The position numbers were made by a program, and so were the translations under genes. Below the pieces are notes generated by a model. It was not told the DNA's origin. It ran no database searches and saw nothing but the letters and a program-made list of their open reading frames with translations. DNA of 62,886 nt, the filler included, from Octopus bimaculoides (taxonomy: Eukaryota): NCBI RefSeq assembly GCF_001194135.2. It is 5 parts of 4 records of this genome, joined end to end, with 100 filler letters (N's around TTAATTAATTAA, not from the genome) between each part and the next. Parts side by side here need not be neighbours in the genome. Positions count along the whole stretch, not along the records: positions 58,851 to 62,886 come from NC_068987.1; 4 more parts are not named here. The stretch is one strand, 5' to 3'. Numbering within the stretch: the first letter of the stretch is position 1; every line of letters begins with the position of its first letter. Positions 62,393-62,886 of this stretch are shown here, piece by piece.

Positions 62393-62434
62393 GTTTGTAC
62401 GTGTGTCTTTGTATAGACTCGCATCCATGTATTA

Positions 62435-62660
62435 CTTTTATCTTCTATCATTTACGTGTTTGAGGCATTGGACTGCGGCCATGCTGGAGCACCAATTCGA
62501 AGGGTTTTTTTGTCGAACGAATCAACCAGTGCTTTTTTTTTTTTTTTTTTAAACTTGCTGAAGTATGCTTTAGATCTCTTTTCGCGAACCACTAATGTTA
62601 TAGAGATGTAAACAACCCGACAGTGGTTCTTAAACGGGTTGTGGTAAACAAACACTAGCA
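62435..62660 (-). mobile_element. Diverged SINE family A 3' half
   Basis: GACTGCGGCCATGCTGGAGCACC..GAACCACTAATGTTA. Confidence 0.75.
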
Positions 62661-62695
62661 CAGACACACATACGCACACACAGTGATACAGAGAC

Positions 62696-62726
<31 letters not shown>

Positions 62727-62851
62727 GAAGCACACACATAAATTACACGACGATCATTCAGTCTACTAAATCCACTCATAAGTCTTTGGCTGCTCATCTT
62801 ACTGTCTTTAACAGGAAGATGTCTACGATGGGCACGATTATTCATAGATCA

Positions 62852-62886
<35 letters not shown>

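Overview
Eukaryotic, AT-rich, repeat-saturated draft-assembly DNA with roughly 5 kb of N gaps. The SINE types, microsatellite density and gap style look like a coleoid cephalopod (octopus-like) scaffold; this is an inference. I can support no intact host protein-coding gene. Almost all listed ORFs are microsatellite or gap read-throughs or antisense frames of transposon remnants. The window is a transposon graveyard. It holds dozens of tRNA-derived SINE copies from several modular families (labelled A-F here for convenience), non-LTR fragments (RTE-X, RTE/BovB-like, Tx1, an RLE-type R4/Dong/NeSL-like element, probable Penelope), and DNA transposon remnants (Merlin/IS1595-like, two Tc1/mariner, pogo/Tigger, a pogo-type MITE, a Helitron helicase with its 3' end, and a Helentron-type HINE end). 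The most notable observations are: (1) a near-complete RTE-X LINE with the geometry of a twin-priming 5' inversion, broken at a microhomology with a (ATCT)n tract; (2) a SINE whose 3' tail matches the 3' end of a Tx1 LINE in the same window; (3) two hammerhead-ribozyme-like motifs; (4) two long near-perfect palindromes; (5) an unassigned decayed ORF of about 1.5 kb.
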